A stretch of DNA of 64,000 nucleotides from Candidatus Methanoperedenaceae archaeon (GTDB lineage: Archaea > Halobacteriota > Methanosarcinia > Methanosarcinales > Methanoperedenaceae), in NCBI GenBank assembly GCA_963753595.1, contig CAVWCX010000034.1, forward strand, positions 55,404-119,403, given 5' to 3'. Both the position numbers and the translations under genes were made by a program. Below, piece after piece: positions 28,905 to 40,336 of the stretch. Within the stretch, counting starts at the first letter, position 1. Every line of letters begins with the position of its first letter. The notes under the pieces were generated by a model. It had not been told where the DNA came from. It did no database searches and worked only from the letters and a program-made list of their open reading frames with translations.

Positions 28905-30733
28905 TTCTTCCTCGATCCGAACATTTTGCGATAAATACTTGGTTCGTGTTTTCCCTTTTTTCGTTCTATCTGCTCTTTGATCTCTTCATGCTGTTGGGGC
29001 TCTTGGAGTTGTTCGGTCTTTTTCGTTTCTATTTTTGTTTCGATAATTGTTTTAGCTTTATTAATTATAGCCTTTGGGGATTCGATAATATTCCTTGCAT
29101 TATCAATTATCTTCCTAGAATTTGTCTTTGAATTATCAATACTGCTTTGAGAATCATTAATAGGTCTTACAATATCCGTGATTTTTAAATCAATAATTGG
29201 TTTCGGTTTATCATCAATTCCAGTCGATACAACTCTTGTCCCAGGAGTCTGGTCAAGGGGATCTTTGACTACAGGAACACTTGCCCCGCCGTGTTTGCTT
29301 TTTCGTGTTCTTATGTCAACAAGAATGGGGCGCTCGATGTAAGTGCTTACGATCATCGCCACACCCGGAGAAAGACTTTTGATATCATCTTCAACATCCG
29401 AACCTATGCCTTCAAGCCCTTTGCTGATGGCTTTCAGGTCATTGGGATTTGTCACTTTCATTATGATCTGGGTATTGCATTGCGAAAGTATGTTCTTATC
29501 AACACGTGCCGGACGCTGCGAAACGACCATGAGCCCAAGCCCGAATTTCCTGCCTTCGGAAGCGATCGTTCGAAGGATATCGGTGCTGACAGTTCTTTCA
29601 AAACCTTTTTCAGGGCAGAAATTATGCGCTTCTTCAATTACAAGCATGCACGGAGGTACAGTATTTAGTTTCCTGGCATCGAAAATATCAGCGGCCAGTT
29701 TCGCCACGATCATGGCCTGGAGGTCTGGATTAACGCCCTTCATATCGATTATCGAAGCCCTTGCATCCTGCACAAGCTCGTTTATGGTAGTTGCCTTATC
29801 TGCAAGAATCCCTGTTTCACGAAGCGTTTCAAGCTTATTGATAACATTCCATTTGGCTTTGCTCTTATTCTGTCCTACTTCAAATATTATATCATCAATA
29901 GTATAATTCTGTTTTTCAACTTTAAGTTTTGAGACCGCCTCGAATAATATTCCTGTCTCGTTCTGTGACCTTTCATCAGAGAAAAACTGCGATAATTCCT
30001 TTATACTGAGATTAATGCCATTTAACCTGAAAAGAGAATCCGCGCCAGGATTGAGTACCTTATTCGCCGGAGTATAAACGGTTACCTGCGCTGCATACCC
30101 TTTTGGCGTTATCCCGTACCTTTCAAAAGATGAAGGTTTATCATCATTGGGTAGTTTCAGGGTCGCATATTCCCCGTGAGGGTCGATGATCAGAAGTGGA
30201 ACTCCCTTATCAAGAAGTTCTTCAAGAATTACGCCTCCGGTATAGGATTTTCCCGCTCCTGTTTTTGCAAGGATGCTGCAGTGCTTCTGCACAAGGTTAT
30301 TTGCATCAAGGTTTACACGAACGGTTTGCCCGTCAAGAAGCCCGATATAGACATCACCGCGCATAAGTCCAAGAGTCTGTTTTATCAGGACATCATCCGC
30401 CTTGAAGATCTTATCACCTGGACTGAAAGGTGATTTGGGAACTCGAAGTACACCATCTTTATCCCGCACACCAATTACGGTAGCATCAGCGATAATATGT
30501 TCATCCATATCGCCTATTTTTGATGTACCTTCAGCCGCGTCCACAGCTTCTTCTACTGAGAAATCTTCGCTTGAACTTGTTATCGTTGATACCTGTGCAA
30601 GCGCCCAGCCGTCAGATTCATGCCAGACCTTGATATAGTCCGATCTCCGTGTTGCCAGGCTGTCAGAAACAGCAAACCGAAAGCTTGTTGAACTTGTCTT
30701 TCCGAATATTACGCCGATTGAGTCCTTCGCCAT
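28901..30733 (-). CDS. HerA/DUF87-family ATPase with N-terminal HAS barrel
   Basis: [48 protein letters not shown]. Confidence 0.9.
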   Translation of the reverse strand: MAKDSIGVIFGKTSSTSFRFAVSDSLATRRSDYIKVWHESDGWALAQVSTITSSSEDFSVEEAVDAAEGTSKIGDMDEHIIADATVIGVRDKDGVLRVPKSPFSPGDKIFKADDVLIKQTLGLMRGDVYIGLLDGQTVRVNLDANNLVQKHCSILAKTGAGKSYTGGVILEELLDKGVPLLIIDPHGEYATLKLPNDDKPSSFERYGITPKGYAAQVTVYTPANKVLNPGADSLFRLNGINLSIKELSQFFSDERSQNETGILFEAVSKLKVEKQNYTIDDIIFEVGQNKSKAKWNVINKLETLRETGILADKATTINELVQDARASIIDMKGVNPDLQAMIVAKLAADIFDARKLNTVPPCMLVIEEAHNFCPEKGFERTVSTDILRTIASEGRKFGLGLMVVSQRPARVDKNILSQCNTQIIMKVTNPNDLKAISKGLEGIGSDVEDDIKSLSPGVAMIVSTYIERPILVDIRTRKSKHGGASVPVVKDPLDQTPGTRVVSTGIDDKPKPIIDLKITDIVRPINDSQSSIDNSKTNSRKIIDNARNIIESPKAIINKAKTIIETKIETKKTEQLQEPQQHEEIKEQIERKKGKHEPSIYRKMFGSRKK

Positions 30734-30792
30734 TGTGTACCAGAATTAATTCAATAATGTATGAGGCTTTCGATAATGACATTTTTTAAAGC

Positions 30793-31146
30793 TTATATTG
30801 CAACCGCAGAAACCGCTGCAGGCGCTGGTACAGGTATCCTTATGTCCATACTCTCATGATTTACAGGTAAACGAATGACCAGCAAAATATAGGTCAGCTC
30901 TTTACCACGATAAATACTCATCCCCGCAGATTCTATTCTCGATAAGGCATCTTTTGTTATATCGTTTTCTGATAATTCGCTCAATATCCTGGAAGCGTCC
31001 ATAATTTCAATTGCTACTATCTTATTATCAGAAGAAAAATCTATTACAAAATTTTCAATTTGCAGGCTGTCCTTGACCTTGTCACCCATATATAAATACA
31101 AAATATCATTTTCAGTATCAAAATCTATTTTTGCATTTTTAACCAT
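30793..31146 (-). CDS. DUF2283 domain protein (putative antitoxin)
   Basis: DFDTENDILYL...VIDF..DNKIVAIEIMDAS. Confidence 0.8.
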   Translation of the reverse strand: MVKNAKIDFDTENDILYLYMGDKVKDSLQIENFVIDFSSDNKIVAIEIMDASRILSELSENDITKDALSRIESAGMSIYRGKELTYILLVIRLPVNHESMDIRIPVPAPAAVSAVAI

Positions 31147-31448
31147 TTATCTAGCACCTTTCTTTTCTTCTTGCTTTGTATATGCGCAGTCACTACATTT
31201 AAATCTTCTTTCACAGAAATTACAATTTTAAGATCATATTTATTAGATTTATTAAATATAAGTGCATACTTTTGTCCATCAGCCTCTTTTCCCTGATATT
31301 CAAATTGTACAATATTTTCAGGATTTATCAAATAAGATCGTATTTCTTCTTCTGTTATTCCTCTAATTTTAGCTTTTTCCTGAAAGTGTTTGCTGAATGT
31401 GATTTTTTTGATTGATTTAATTTTTTCTTTTAAATCATCAATTTTCAT
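31125..31448 (-). CDS. DUF4258/RelE-BrnT-like putative toxin
   Basis: FSKHFQEKAKIRGITEEEI...VVTAH; overlaps the DUF2283 gene. Confidence 0.7.
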   Translation of the reverse strand: MKIDDLKEKIKSIKKITFSKHFQEKAKIRGITEEEIRSYLINPENIVQFEYQGKEADGQKYALIFNKSNKYDLKIVISVKEDLNVVTAHIQSKKKRKVLDKWLKMQK

Positions 31449-31476
31449 GGCAATAATGAAAACAAATTATAGTTGC

Positions 31477-32985
31477 TCACATGAACTTTATGCCTTTTGG
31501 CATCTCGCCGACTTTCTCCCTGAAAACCTCAGGCCAATCCTTCGGTTCATACCCTTTCTGGGCAAAGAACGTGCTTGCCCATCTCTCCAGGCCAATGCCT
31601 GAACAGCCGCTCCATACGTCTTTTCCCGATTGCAGTTTCACATTGAAGCCTTTAGGATACTTATCCCCGTTGACGCTAAGGTTCTGGAACTCAAGATATT
31701 CCCCATCCTTCCCGCGGTAAGGAAGCGGCGCCTCAAAGTCAATTGTTCCCACACCTGTCTGGCCGGCAAGACCTGTGAGCCCTTCCTGTGCCATGAACCA
31801 GGGTGTTACCCATGCCATTCTCCATTCAAGTTCCAGGATATCGTTGAAAACATGTTTATAGCACTCCTGCATCTGCTTTGAATGTTCAAGAACCTGTTCG
31901 GGTGTGCCTATGAACAGGAGTTCGATCCTGTGGAATTCATCTACTCTTTCCATACCATGTATGCCGCCGCTCTCGTACCTGTGCGATGTGCCTGAGCGGT
32001 CAAACACCTTTACCGGGAAAGATTCATCCGAAACCGTTTTTCCCTGTAAGAATGGCCAGAACGAGGGGCACTGGGCATAGCACATGCCGCCGAGAGGCTT
32101 GTCGATCTTCTCGGCTATAAGGTCAATTGGGACTTCCAGTGTGACTTTGTAATTATCTATAACTTCTTCCCAGAATGCCGGGTCTCTTGTTTTAGGAGGG
32201 CACACGTAGTAGATTTCAGGATATACGCCTTTTGCGTGTCCAGAATGTTTCCACACGTCCCAGGGAACAAGCTTGGGGAAGATCATTTCAACGTAGCCAA
32301 GGGGTTTTATTACTTCTTCAAGTACTATCTGTTCGAAAGTCCGGAATATCCGGGTCATCTGGGGGCCATGTATCCACTGCCCGCGGCCTGCGGCACGCTT
32401 TATCCAGCCGCGCTTTTCCGCTTCAACCGTGGGGTCGCCCTTGAATGTCATCTCCTGTTTAGGACCTTCCCAGAGAAGGCTCCAGTGTTCTGTTTTTCCA
32501 CCAAAGCTTTGCGCTGCTATTTTGTCCTCAATGAGTGATATTATCCTGTCCGGGATCTTATTCTCAAGCTGCGTTTCACCCACCTCAAGTGAAAGAGTGA
32601 TCATCCCGTCCTCAAATTCAATTGATTTTACAAAAGGTATTTTTTGCTGGTGCAAAGGCTGTTCTGATGGCATTTTTACAATGAACTCTTCAACTTCAAC
32701 CCCTCTTACCCCTATCTTATATGCTTTGCCAATTACGCCTGCAAGAGGCTTCCTGAGCCTTATGAATGCGTCGTGGGCACGCAGGTACCTGTCTGATTCG
32801 ATATCAAAAAATATACTGTTTTCGCGTATTTCCCAGTTCAGGATCTTAGCGCCCCTTCCGGCCGGAACACCCTTCTGGAGAATAGTTGCTTTTGATTCTT
32901 CAATGAATTTTTCAATTTCTGCACTTGCAGCTTTTATATCGGCGCTTGTTTTGTAGCTGCCTTTTAAGTGAAAGTAAGGTTCCAT
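31477..32985 (-). CDS. serS: Serine--tRNA ligase, methanogen-type
   Basis: [14 protein letters not shown]-domain, [46 protein letters not shown]. Confidence 0.95.
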   Translation of the reverse strand: MEPYFHLKGSYKTSADIKAASAEIEKFIEESKATILQKGVPAGRGAKILNWEIRENSIFFDIESDRYLRAHDAFIRLRKPLAGVIGKAYKIGVRGVEVEEFIVKMPSEQPLHQQKIPFVKSIEFEDGMITLSLEVGETQLENKIPDRIISLIEDKIAAQSFGGKTEHWSLLWEGPKQEMTFKGDPTVEAEKRGWIKRAAGRGQWIHGPQMTRIFRTFEQIVLEEVIKPLGYVEMIFPKLVPWDVWKHSGHAKGVYPEIYYVCPPKTRDPAFWEEVIDNYKVTLEVPIDLIAEKIDKPLGGMCYAQCPSFWPFLQGKTVSDESFPVKVFDRSGTSHRYESGGIHGMERVDEFHRIELLFIGTPEQVLEHSKQMQECYKHVFNDILELEWRMAWVTPWFMAQEGLTGLAGQTGVGTIDFEAPLPYRGKDGEYLEFQNLSVNGDKYPKGFNVKLQSGKDVWSGCSGIGLERWASTFFAQKGYEPKDWPEVFREKVGEMPKGIKFM

Positions 32986-33049
32986 AGTTTCAGTCCCATA
33001 AATTATTGATATGAAGATATTGATTTCGATTTATCGGTTCTTATACGAT

Positions 33050-33748
33050 TTATAAGTTATTTAAACTTTCATTTTTTTGCGCCACCACCGCAAAATGATC
33101 TGAATGATACGGTTCAAGATTCACCAATTCGTGTACCTTGAAATTTCCGCCAAGCTTTTTCACTTCCATATCAGTTACATCCCCCGGATCTTTTGATGAA
33201 TCAATACTTCTTGCTTTTATCATTAAAACAAGGATACCTTCTTTCTTAAGGAACATCCGGGCATTCCTGATAGCGATCTCAGCCTGCTCTTTTTGCGCCA
33301 CATCCTGATAAATAACATCCGCTTGGGGAACCATATTTTGATATAATTTGGGATTTGAAGCATCTGCCAATATGGGAACAAGGTTCATCCTTGAAGAACT
33401 GACATTAATGAGATCTTTCATTGCCCGTGACGAGAATTCTACGGCAAAAACAGTTCCTTCACTAACGATATCTGAAACATGGCTCACAGTCGTTCCATTT
33501 GCCGCGCCAAGATAAAGAACACTGTTATTTTTCTTTAACGAGATCGTTGAACCTTTTAATACCAGGGCCGCAAGTTTACTTCGAAACGGGTCCCATATGC
33601 GATATTCTTCTTTTTCAATATTGATGAGTTTTTCATCATAAACTCGTATTCCGGGAACAAGATTTTTTGTAATTAATCTTTTTGAACCATCTGAAATAAC
33701 AATAAAAGAATTATCAAGCCTGGTATTAATTAAATCGATTTTTTCCAT
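33050..33748 (-). CDS. flpA: Fibrillarin-like rRNA/tRNA 2'-O-methyltransferase
   Basis: YRIWDPFRSKLAA, VLYLGAANGTTVSHVSDI, DVIYQDVAQ, KARSID. Confidence 0.95.
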   Translation of the reverse strand: MEKIDLINTRLDNSFIVISDGSKRLITKNLVPGIRVYDEKLINIEKEEYRIWDPFRSKLAALVLKGSTISLKKNNSVLYLGAANGTTVSHVSDIVSEGTVFAVEFSSRAMKDLINVSSSRMNLVPILADASNPKLYQNMVPQADVIYQDVAQKEQAEIAIRNARMFLKKEGILVLMIKARSIDSSKDPGDVTDMEVKKLGGNFKVHELVNLEPYHSDHFAVVAQKNESLNNL

Positions 33749-33818
33749 TTATAGCAGATATTTTTAAATTTAATATTATCCGATCATTAAGTCTTTTGCT
33801 AAAACACCTGATAATTTT

Positions 33819-33885
33819 AAACAACGAACAAATACGAACTGATACGAACTCGTGAGTTCGTTGTGTTCATTTCAGTTCGTTGTTT
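33819..33885. repeat. Dispersed palindromic ACGAAC repeat, copy B
   Basis: aaacaacgaacaaatacgaactgatacgaactc-gt-gagttcgttgtgttcatttcagttcgttgttt. Confidence 0.85.
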
Positions 33886-33898
33886 TATCTTTTTTTTC

Positions 33899-35026
33899 TT
33901 ATAAATCCTTAAGCAATCGCGCAATATCGTCCCCGACTTGTGTTGTCGTATTCGAGCCGCCCATATCGTAGGTTTTCACTTTTCCGTTAACGATATTTTT
34001 CTCGATAGCCTGAACGATCTGTGTGGAAGCCTCTTTTTCACCAAGCTGGTCAAGAAGCAGCGCCCCTGCCCAGATGGTTGCGATCGGATTTACCTTGTTC
34101 AATCCCTTATATTTTGGCGCGCTGCCATGAATTGGTTCGAACATGCTTGTCCCTTCCGGATTAATGTTCCCGCCCGGAGCAAGACCAAGACCACCCTGTA
34201 TCATTGCGCCAAGGTCTGTTATTATATCACCGAACATATTTGGTGAGACAATTACATCAAAAAACTCAGGATTCTTGACAAACCACATGGTTACAGCATC
34301 CACATAATTGAAATCTGTTTTTACCTGCGGATACCCGGAAGCGATCGAAGTAAATTCTTCTCTCCAAAAACCATAGATATCAGATAATACATTTGCCTTA
34401 TCCACTGAGGATAGATGTTTGTTCCTGTTTTGTGCAAGCTCAAATGCATAACTGATAACCCTGCGTGTGCCTTCTTTGCTGATAAGCCCAAGCTGGTAAC
34501 CTATTTCCTCGCTGTCAGAAGTGATATCAAGGCCAAATTTCACATTATACATATTCCTGGCAACTTCCAGCGTTTTCTTGCTCTTTCCTTTCTTGGCACG
34601 TCCGCCAATGCCGATATAGAAGTCCTCGGTATTTTCCCGCACCACAACAAAATCAATATCCTTTGCAGTCTTATCTTTTAACGGCGTCCATACTCCTTCA
34701 AGGAGTTTCACAGGACGAAGGTTCACATACTCATCAAAATAGAACCTGATATTCAGGAGAATTCCCTTTTCAAGAATTCCAGGCTTTATTCTCTCATCTC
34801 CGATCGACCCGAAATAGATCGCCTTGTATTTTGAAAGATCTTTTAGCGTATCTTCGGATATCAACTCGCCGGTTTCAAGATAATGGTCAGCTCCATGCGG
34901 ATATTCGATCCAGTCTATATCAAAACCGAATTTTTCACCAGCTGTTTCAAGAACTTTACGCCCTTCTCTTATTATTTCCGGGCCGATACCATCGCCGGGG
35001 ATCACAGGGATCTTGTATTGTGTCAT
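33899..35026 (-). CDS. leuB: Isopropylmalate/isocitrate dehydrogenase family protein (LeuB-like)
   Basis: [49 protein letters not shown]; exact substrate not determinable. Confidence 0.75.
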   Translation of the reverse strand: MTQYKIPVIPGDGIGPEIIREGRKVLETAGEKFGFDIDWIEYPHGADHYLETGELISEDTLKDLSKYKAIYFGSIGDERIKPGILEKGILLNIRFYFDEYVNLRPVKLLEGVWTPLKDKTAKDIDFVVVRENTEDFYIGIGGRAKKGKSKKTLEVARNMYNVKFGLDITSDSEEIGYQLGLISKEGTRRVISYAFELAQNRNKHLSSVDKANVLSDIYGFWREEFTSIASGYPQVKTDFNYVDAVTMWFVKNPEFFDVIVSPNMFGDIITDLGAMIQGGLGLAPGGNINPEGTSMFEPIHGSAPKYKGLNKVNPIATIWAGALLLDQLGEKEASTQIVQAIEKNIVNGKVKTYDMGGSNTTTQVGDDIARLLKDL

Positions 35027-35121
35027 ATAATATCCTCTAATTTAATTTCAATATTTTTCCCTCTGAATTCCCTGTCAGGTAATTAAATTAACTATAGTTG
35101 ACAACACATAAGAAATAATAT

Positions 35122-37656
35122 ATGGAAAAATCCTTCGATCCGGAAAATATTGCCGGACTTTCGGAAGCAGAAGTAATAAAAAAATATAAAGAAGATGGAT
35201 ATAATGAAATACCATCCCGGGAAAAGCAGAGTACTCTTGCATTATTCATAAATATACTCAAAGAACCGATGCTGCTTTTGCTCATAGGTGCAGGTATCAT
35301 TTATTTGCTGCTTGGTGAGGAAAGTGATGCAATAATGCTGCTCTTTTTTGTTTTTGTGGTCGTAGGAATAACTTTTTACCAGGAAAGAAAATCTGAACGG
35401 GCATTAGAAGCATTAAAGAACCTTTCAAGCCCCAGAGCCCTTGTTATCAGGGATGGTGTGCAAAAAAGGATCCCTGGAAGAGAGGTCGTAAGGGATGACA
35501 TCCTCATCTTAAAAGAAGGAGATCGTGTCCCGGCGGATGGCGTTTTGCAAATATGTTCAAATCTGCTTGTGGATGAATCAATGCTGACAGGTGAGTCATT
35601 TGCCGTTCGAAAATCCGAATGGGACGGTAAGGATAAGCCAAAACAGCCCGAGGGCGACGATCTGCCTTTTGTTTACTCAGGAACGCTGGTTGTCCAGGGG
35701 CACGGAATAGCCAGGGTTACAGCTACAGGCGGATATACCGAGATGGGTAAGATCGGAAAAGCCCTGGAATCTATTTCCCAGGAAGAAACCCTGCTGAAAA
35801 AAGAAACACGGATAGTTGTCCGTAATTTCGCTATTGGCGGGTTGATACTATGCATAATAGTTGCGATCATATACGGATATACAAGGGGTGACTGGCTAAA
35901 CGGGATACTTGCAGGCCTTGGTTTGAGCATGGCATTGATCCCGGAAGAATTTTCAGTGGTACTTGTAATATTTCTTGGAATGGGCGCATGGCGCATGTCA
36001 AAAAGAAAGGTACTGACAAGACATATGCCTGCAATTGAAACGCTTGGCTCTGCGACTGTCCTGTGTGTTGATAAGACCGGGACTTTGACAATGAACAGGA
36101 TGATCCTGAATTCAATATTTTCAAATGGTCAATATTACGATATAGAAAAAAACGGGCACCTGCCCCTTCCTGAGAAATTCCATGAATTGCTTGAATTTTC
36201 ATATCTTGCAAGCCAGAAAGATCCATTTGACCCGGTCGAAAAAGAAATAAAGACAGGCACAGAAAAATTCCTTTCAGATTCTGAACACGTTCACGATAAC
36301 TGGAAGCTTGTAAGGGAATACCCCCTTTCCAAAAATTTACTTGCTCTCTCAAATGTATGGGAATCAAATGACAAACGAAAGCATGTGATAGCTGCAAAAG
36401 GTTCCCCCGAGGCAATAATTGACCTTTGCCATATCGAAAGTGAAAAAAAGGATGAATTATTGGCCCATGTCCAGGAGATGGCAGATATGGGTTTGAGGAT
36501 CCTTGGTGTTGCAAAATCAAGCTTTACTGAGGCGACTTTTCCTGAAAAACAGCATGATTTCCAATTTGAATTCATTGGTTTACTGGGTTTTGTAGATAAT
36601 GTCCGCCCGGGCGTCAATAAAGCACTTTCCGATTGCTATACAGCAGGAATACGGGTTATTATGATAACAGGGGATTATCCTGGAACAGCGCAGCATATTG
36701 CGCGCCAGATAGGTTTAAAAAATCCTGAGAATTATTTGACCGGCGCCCAACTTTCAGGAATGGAAAAAGCCCGGTTGCAGGAACAGATCAAGACCATCAA
36801 TATTTTTGCGCGTGTAGTACCGGAACAAAAACTGGCTATAGTCGAAGCGCTAAAATCAAACGGGGAAATCGTTGCAATGACAGGCGACGGGGTTAATGAT
36901 GCGCCTGCATTAAAGTCAGCTCATATCGGTATTGCGATGGGTGAAAGGGGAACTGATGTTGCGAGGGAATCAGCAGCAATAGTATTGTTGAATGATGATT
37001 TTTCTTCTATCGTCGAAGCTGTCAGGATGGGGAGAAGAATTTTTGATAATCTTAAAAAAGCGATATCATACATTTTTTCAGTTCATGTGCCAATTGCCGG
37101 ACTAGCACTTTTTCCTGTAATGTTCAATCTGCCCCTGATACTTTTACCTGCGCACATTGCATTTCTTGAATTGATAATTGACCCTGCATGTTCTACGGTC
37201 TTTGAGGCAGAACCTGAAGAAAAAAATATAATGAACAGACCTCCAAGGGATCTAAAAGAAAAGTTATTTGGCAGGAAAAATGTTCTTGGCAGTTTCTTAC
37301 AGGGCGTCAGTGTCCTTGTCGTTGTAATATTTGTTTTCCTTTTGGCCTTAACAATGGGAAAAAGTGACTCAGAAGCCCGAAGCCTCACGTTTGCCACCCT
37401 TGTAATAGCCAATCTTACCCTGATCATTGCAGGCCTTTCATGGGAAACAAGCCTGATAAGGATCAATCCGGAAAATAAGGCATTATGGCTCGTGATCGCA
37501 GGAGCGCTTGGGAGCCTTATTCTGGTGCTCAATATTGCGGTTTTAAGGGAAATGTTCCATTTTTCGAAACTTCATATCAGTGACTTAATAATCGTGTTCC
37601 TTGCAGGTGTTTCCAGTGTATTATGGTTCAAGATACTTAATATCAGGGTAAAATAA
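35122..37656 (+). CDS. Cation-translocating P-type ATPase (type II-like)
   Basis: TGES, IPEEF, DKTGTLT, KGSPE, TGD, GDGVNDAPALK. Confidence 0.95.
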   Translation: MEKSFDPENIAGLSEAEVIKKYKEDGYNEIPSREKQSTLALFINILKEPMLLLLIGAGIIYLLLGEESDAIMLLFFVFVVVGITFYQERKSERALEALKNLSSPRALVIRDGVQKRIPGREVVRDDILILKEGDRVPADGVLQICSNLLVDESMLTGESFAVRKSEWDGKDKPKQPEGDDLPFVYSGTLVVQGHGIARVTATGGYTEMGKIGKALESISQEETLLKKETRIVVRNFAIGGLILCIIVAIIYGYTRGDWLNGILAGLGLSMALIPEEFSVVLVIFLGMGAWRMSKRKVLTRHMPAIETLGSATVLCVDKTGTLTMNRMILNSIFSNGQYYDIEKNGHLPLPEKFHELLEFSYLASQKDPFDPVEKEIKTGTEKFLSDSEHVHDNWKLVREYPLSKNLLALSNVWESNDKRKHVIAAKGSPEAIIDLCHIESEKKDELLAHVQEMADMGLRILGVAKSSFTEATFPEKQHDFQFEFIGLLGFVDNVRPGVNKALSDCYTAGIRVIMITGDYPGTAQHIARQIGLKNPENYLTGAQLSGMEKARLQEQIKTINIFARVVPEQKLAIVEALKSNGEIVAMTGDGVNDAPALKSAHIGIAMGERGTDVARESAAIVLLNDDFSSIVEAVRMGRRIFDNLKKAISYIFSVHVPIAGLALFPVMFNLPLILLPAHIAFLELIIDPACSTVFEAEPEEKNIMNRPPRDLKEKLFGRKNVLGSFLQGVSVLVVVIFVFLLALTMGKSDSEARSLTFATLVIANLTLIIAGLSWETSLIRINPENKALWLVIAGALGSLILVLNIAVLREMFHFSKLHISDLIIVFLAGVSSVLWFKILNIRVK

Positions 37657-37801
37657 GAAGGAGGTTACTGTGAATAATGGACGATTGATGTTTTACTTCG
37701 AAGCTTAGATACCTGCTTCCCGGGATAAATCCCAAAAACCACAACATATATTTTAATGCAAAGACATTAAGACAAAAAATAGATTTTGGTTTTTATAAAT
37801 T

Positions 37802-38950
37802 ATGGCAACTAAACGTGACTATTATGAAATCCTGGGCGTGGATAAAAAAGCGTCAGCAGACGATATAAAATCAGCATATCGTAAGTTGGCGATGCAATAC
37901 CACCCGGATAAGAACAAATCACCCGATGCTGAAGAGAAGTTCAAGGAAATATCAGAATCTTACGCAGTATTATCTGACCAGGGTAAAAGGCAGCAGTATG
38001 ACCAGTTCGGACACGCTGGAATTGATCAGAGATATTCACAGGAGGATATTTTCAGGGGAGCGGATTTCGAAGACCTTTTCCGTGATATCGGGATGGGAGG
38101 ACGCGGAAGGGGAAGTGGCAGTATATTTGATATATTTTTCGGAGGAGGGGGAGGGGCAAGGCGTGAGGGCCCAAGCCGGGGTTCGGACCTTCTTTATGAA
38201 TTAGCCATAAATCTTGAAGACGCAGCAAAAGGGAAAGCAGTGGAGCTGGAAATCCCAAGAACTGAAAATTGCGATGTTTGTCATGGAAGCGGAGCAAAAC
38301 CCGGAACATCCCCAAAGACATGTTCAACCTGCCGCGGCAGCGGCCAGGTGAACAGGACGCAGAATACGCCATTCGGGAGGTTCATGACGACCTCCACGTG
38401 CGGAACATGCCGCGGAGAGGGGAAAATTATCGATTCTCCCTGCACGACCTGTCATGGCAGCGGTACAGTCCAGAAGAGACGTAAGATCGAAGTCAAGATC
38501 CCGCCAGGCGTTGATACAGGTTCGAGGTTGCGTGTATCAGGCGAGGGCGAAGCAGGCGGGAAAAGCGGCCCTCCCGGGGATCTCTATGTGGAAATAAATG
38601 TCAGACCCCATAATATTTTTACCCGCAATGAGAATGACCTTCTCATGGAAGCTACCATCAGCTTCACCCAGGCTGCTCTTGGTGATGAAATAATCGTGCC
38701 TACTCTTGACGGGAAGGCCGAGATGAAAATCCCGCCCGGAACGCAGAACAGCCAGGTATTCCGTCTTAAAGGCAAAGGAATACCAGGCCTTCATATCTCA
38801 GGGAAAGGCGACCAGCTTGTTAAAATAAAGGTAGAAGTTCCCACAAAGCTGACAGACAGGCAAAAAGAGCTATTACGGGAGTTTGCCCAGATAGGCGGAG
38901 AGAGAACAAAGGGCAAGAGCATTTTTGAGAAAGTGAGAGATCATATTTGA
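37802..38950 (+). CDS. dnaJ: Molecular chaperone DnaJ
   Basis: J domain with HPD, G/F region, four CxxCxGxG repeats. Confidence 0.97.
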   Translation: MATKRDYYEILGVDKKASADDIKSAYRKLAMQYHPDKNKSPDAEEKFKEISESYAVLSDQGKRQQYDQFGHAGIDQRYSQEDIFRGADFEDLFRDIGMGGRGRGSGSIFDIFFGGGGGARREGPSRGSDLLYELAINLEDAAKGKAVELEIPRTENCDVCHGSGAKPGTSPKTCSTCRGSGQVNRTQNTPFGRFMTTSTCGTCRGEGKIIDSPCTTCHGSGTVQKRRKIEVKIPPGVDTGSRLRVSGEGEAGGKSGPPGDLYVEINVRPHNIFTRNENDLLMEATISFTQAALGDEIIVPTLDGKAEMKIPPGTQNSQVFRLKGKGIPGLHISGKGDQLVKIKVEVPTKLTDRQKELLREFAQIGGERTKGKSIFEKVRDHI

Positions 38951-38959
38951 ATGTTTGAA

Positions 38960-39883
38960 TTAACATTTTTCAAGCAGCGTCAGCGACCTTATCCATTCCC
39001 CTTTAGGTTCTCTCGTTGTCCCTACGACAAGCCGTTTCATATTTCCCACGATCTCAACCATGCCGCGCGCTTCAATTCGCTCGCCCACTAACGCTTGCCC
39101 TGCATAAGTATGTGTATAAGACAGTACATAACTTATCTCAGGATGGTCAATTTTATAGATCGCAGGGCTGTCAAATGCAAAGTCAGCATTTATAACGGTT
39201 GCCTCGATGGTCTTATTGCCAATATCGATTCCTCGTAAACATGGTGTTATATCCTTCCAGTCACGAACATAAAGCAGGTCAAAATAGGTTCCTCCCACCA
39301 TTCCCCTGTTACCTTTCCTTATCTCATGGAGCAGGAATTCATCGAATGAAATATCGGGCCTGCGTTTCTTATAAATATCCTGCCACATATCTTCACTGAT
39401 TTCTGTGATAGGGTTTTTCTTTTGTTTTTCCTGCCGGATAATATCACGCGCAGTGAACCATGAGATTCCATAAACGATGAAATCAATATCCGATGATCCT
39501 ATTTCAAGACCGGGAAGAAGAGAGCCGGTAACACCCATATTTTCAAGAGGCACATATTTTTCAAGCGATTTTACAATTGCTTTTACCTTTTCATTTTTTT
39601 CTGTTATCTGCGGCAGTCTTTTGTCAGGTGCAAGTATCTCTTTGACCGAATCCCATGGCACGATATGCACATCGCTCACCCATTCGGGACGCGCAGTTTT
39701 CATGAATATGAATGCATCATCAAAATCCATTTTTCGGTATTTTTTATCAACGCCTCTTGTGCCCTCCGGGTCCGGAACATACCTGAGGATGGAGCGGATG
39801 CCCCCCTCATGGCAATAATCTGCGACTGCAAATATCCAGTCATCTTTTGTTAGGATGAAATCACGGAGTCGTGTACGAAGCAT
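38960..39883 (-). CDS. Archaeal DNA polymerase beta-like nucleotidyltransferase (COG1665-like)
   Basis: GVTGSLLPG....SDIDFIVYG, LRYVPD, SYTHTYAGQA. Confidence 0.8.
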   Translation of the reverse strand: MLRTRLRDFILTKDDWIFAVADYCHEGGIRSILRYVPDPEGTRGVDKKYRKMDFDDAFIFMKTARPEWVSDVHIVPWDSVKEILAPDKRLPQITEKNEKVKAIVKSLEKYVPLENMGVTGSLLPGLEIGSSDIDFIVYGISWFTARDIIRQEKQKKNPITEISEDMWQDIYKKRRPDISFDEFLLHEIRKGNRGMVGGTYFDLLYVRDWKDITPCLRGIDIGNKTIEATVINADFAFDSPAIYKIDHPEISYVLSYTHTYAGQALVGERIEARGMVEIVGNMKRLVVGTTREPKGEWIRSLTLLEKC

Positions 39884-40102
39884 CAGCGACTTTAGGGGAT
39901 CAGGATTATATAAAGAATATCATTTGTAGCAACTGGATTTTATTTATTTTTTTGGGCAAAGTCTTATATATTGTAAAGACAGTAACAAATAAGATTACAG
40001 GCTGTTCTAGCAGCAGCATTTACAGCAGCGAAAGGTTAAATCTGTTTTCTGCAGTTATGTTTGCCCTAGCAGACGATAATCTAACGTAAGGATGTGTAAA
40101 AC

Positions 40103-40312
40103 TTGAGTGAATATCAGGAAAAAGTTGCTCCGGTAAAAGTCGGAGAAAGCTATGATGTATCGATTGATGATATTGCAAAAGAGGGCGACGGAATTGCCAG
40201 AGTAGAGGGCTTCGTCATCTTCGTACCGCAGACAAAAGTCGGGGATAAAGTAAAGATAACAGTCAATAAAGTAATGCGCAAATTCGCGATCGCGGAAAAA
40301 GCAGCAGAATAA
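40103..40312 (+). CDS. Single TRAM domain RNA-binding protein
   Basis: [13 protein letters not shown]...[15 protein letters not shown]....GDKVKI. Confidence 0.93.
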   Translation: MSEYQEKVAPVKVGESYDVSIDDIAKEGDGIARVEGFVIFVPQTKVGDKVKITVNKVMRKFAIAEKAAE

Positions 40313-40334
40313 TTTTTATTCTGCTTTTACTTTT
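40303..40334. terminator. Hairpin plus T-tract between the convergent TRAM and helicase genes
   Basis: agcagaataa-ttt-ttattctgct followed by tttactttt. Confidence 0.55.
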
Positions 40335-40336
40335 GA

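Noticed and set aside
38260-38460. CxxCH strings in DnaJ (CDVCH, CTTCH) and in the NapH-like protein (CKKCH) as heme sites
   Set aside because: They belong to cytoplasmic Zn-finger CxxCxGxG or 4Fe-4S motifs
37802-38950. dnaJ without adjacent dnaK/grpE
   Set aside because: Dispersed chaperone genes are unremarkable; the rest of the genome is not visible
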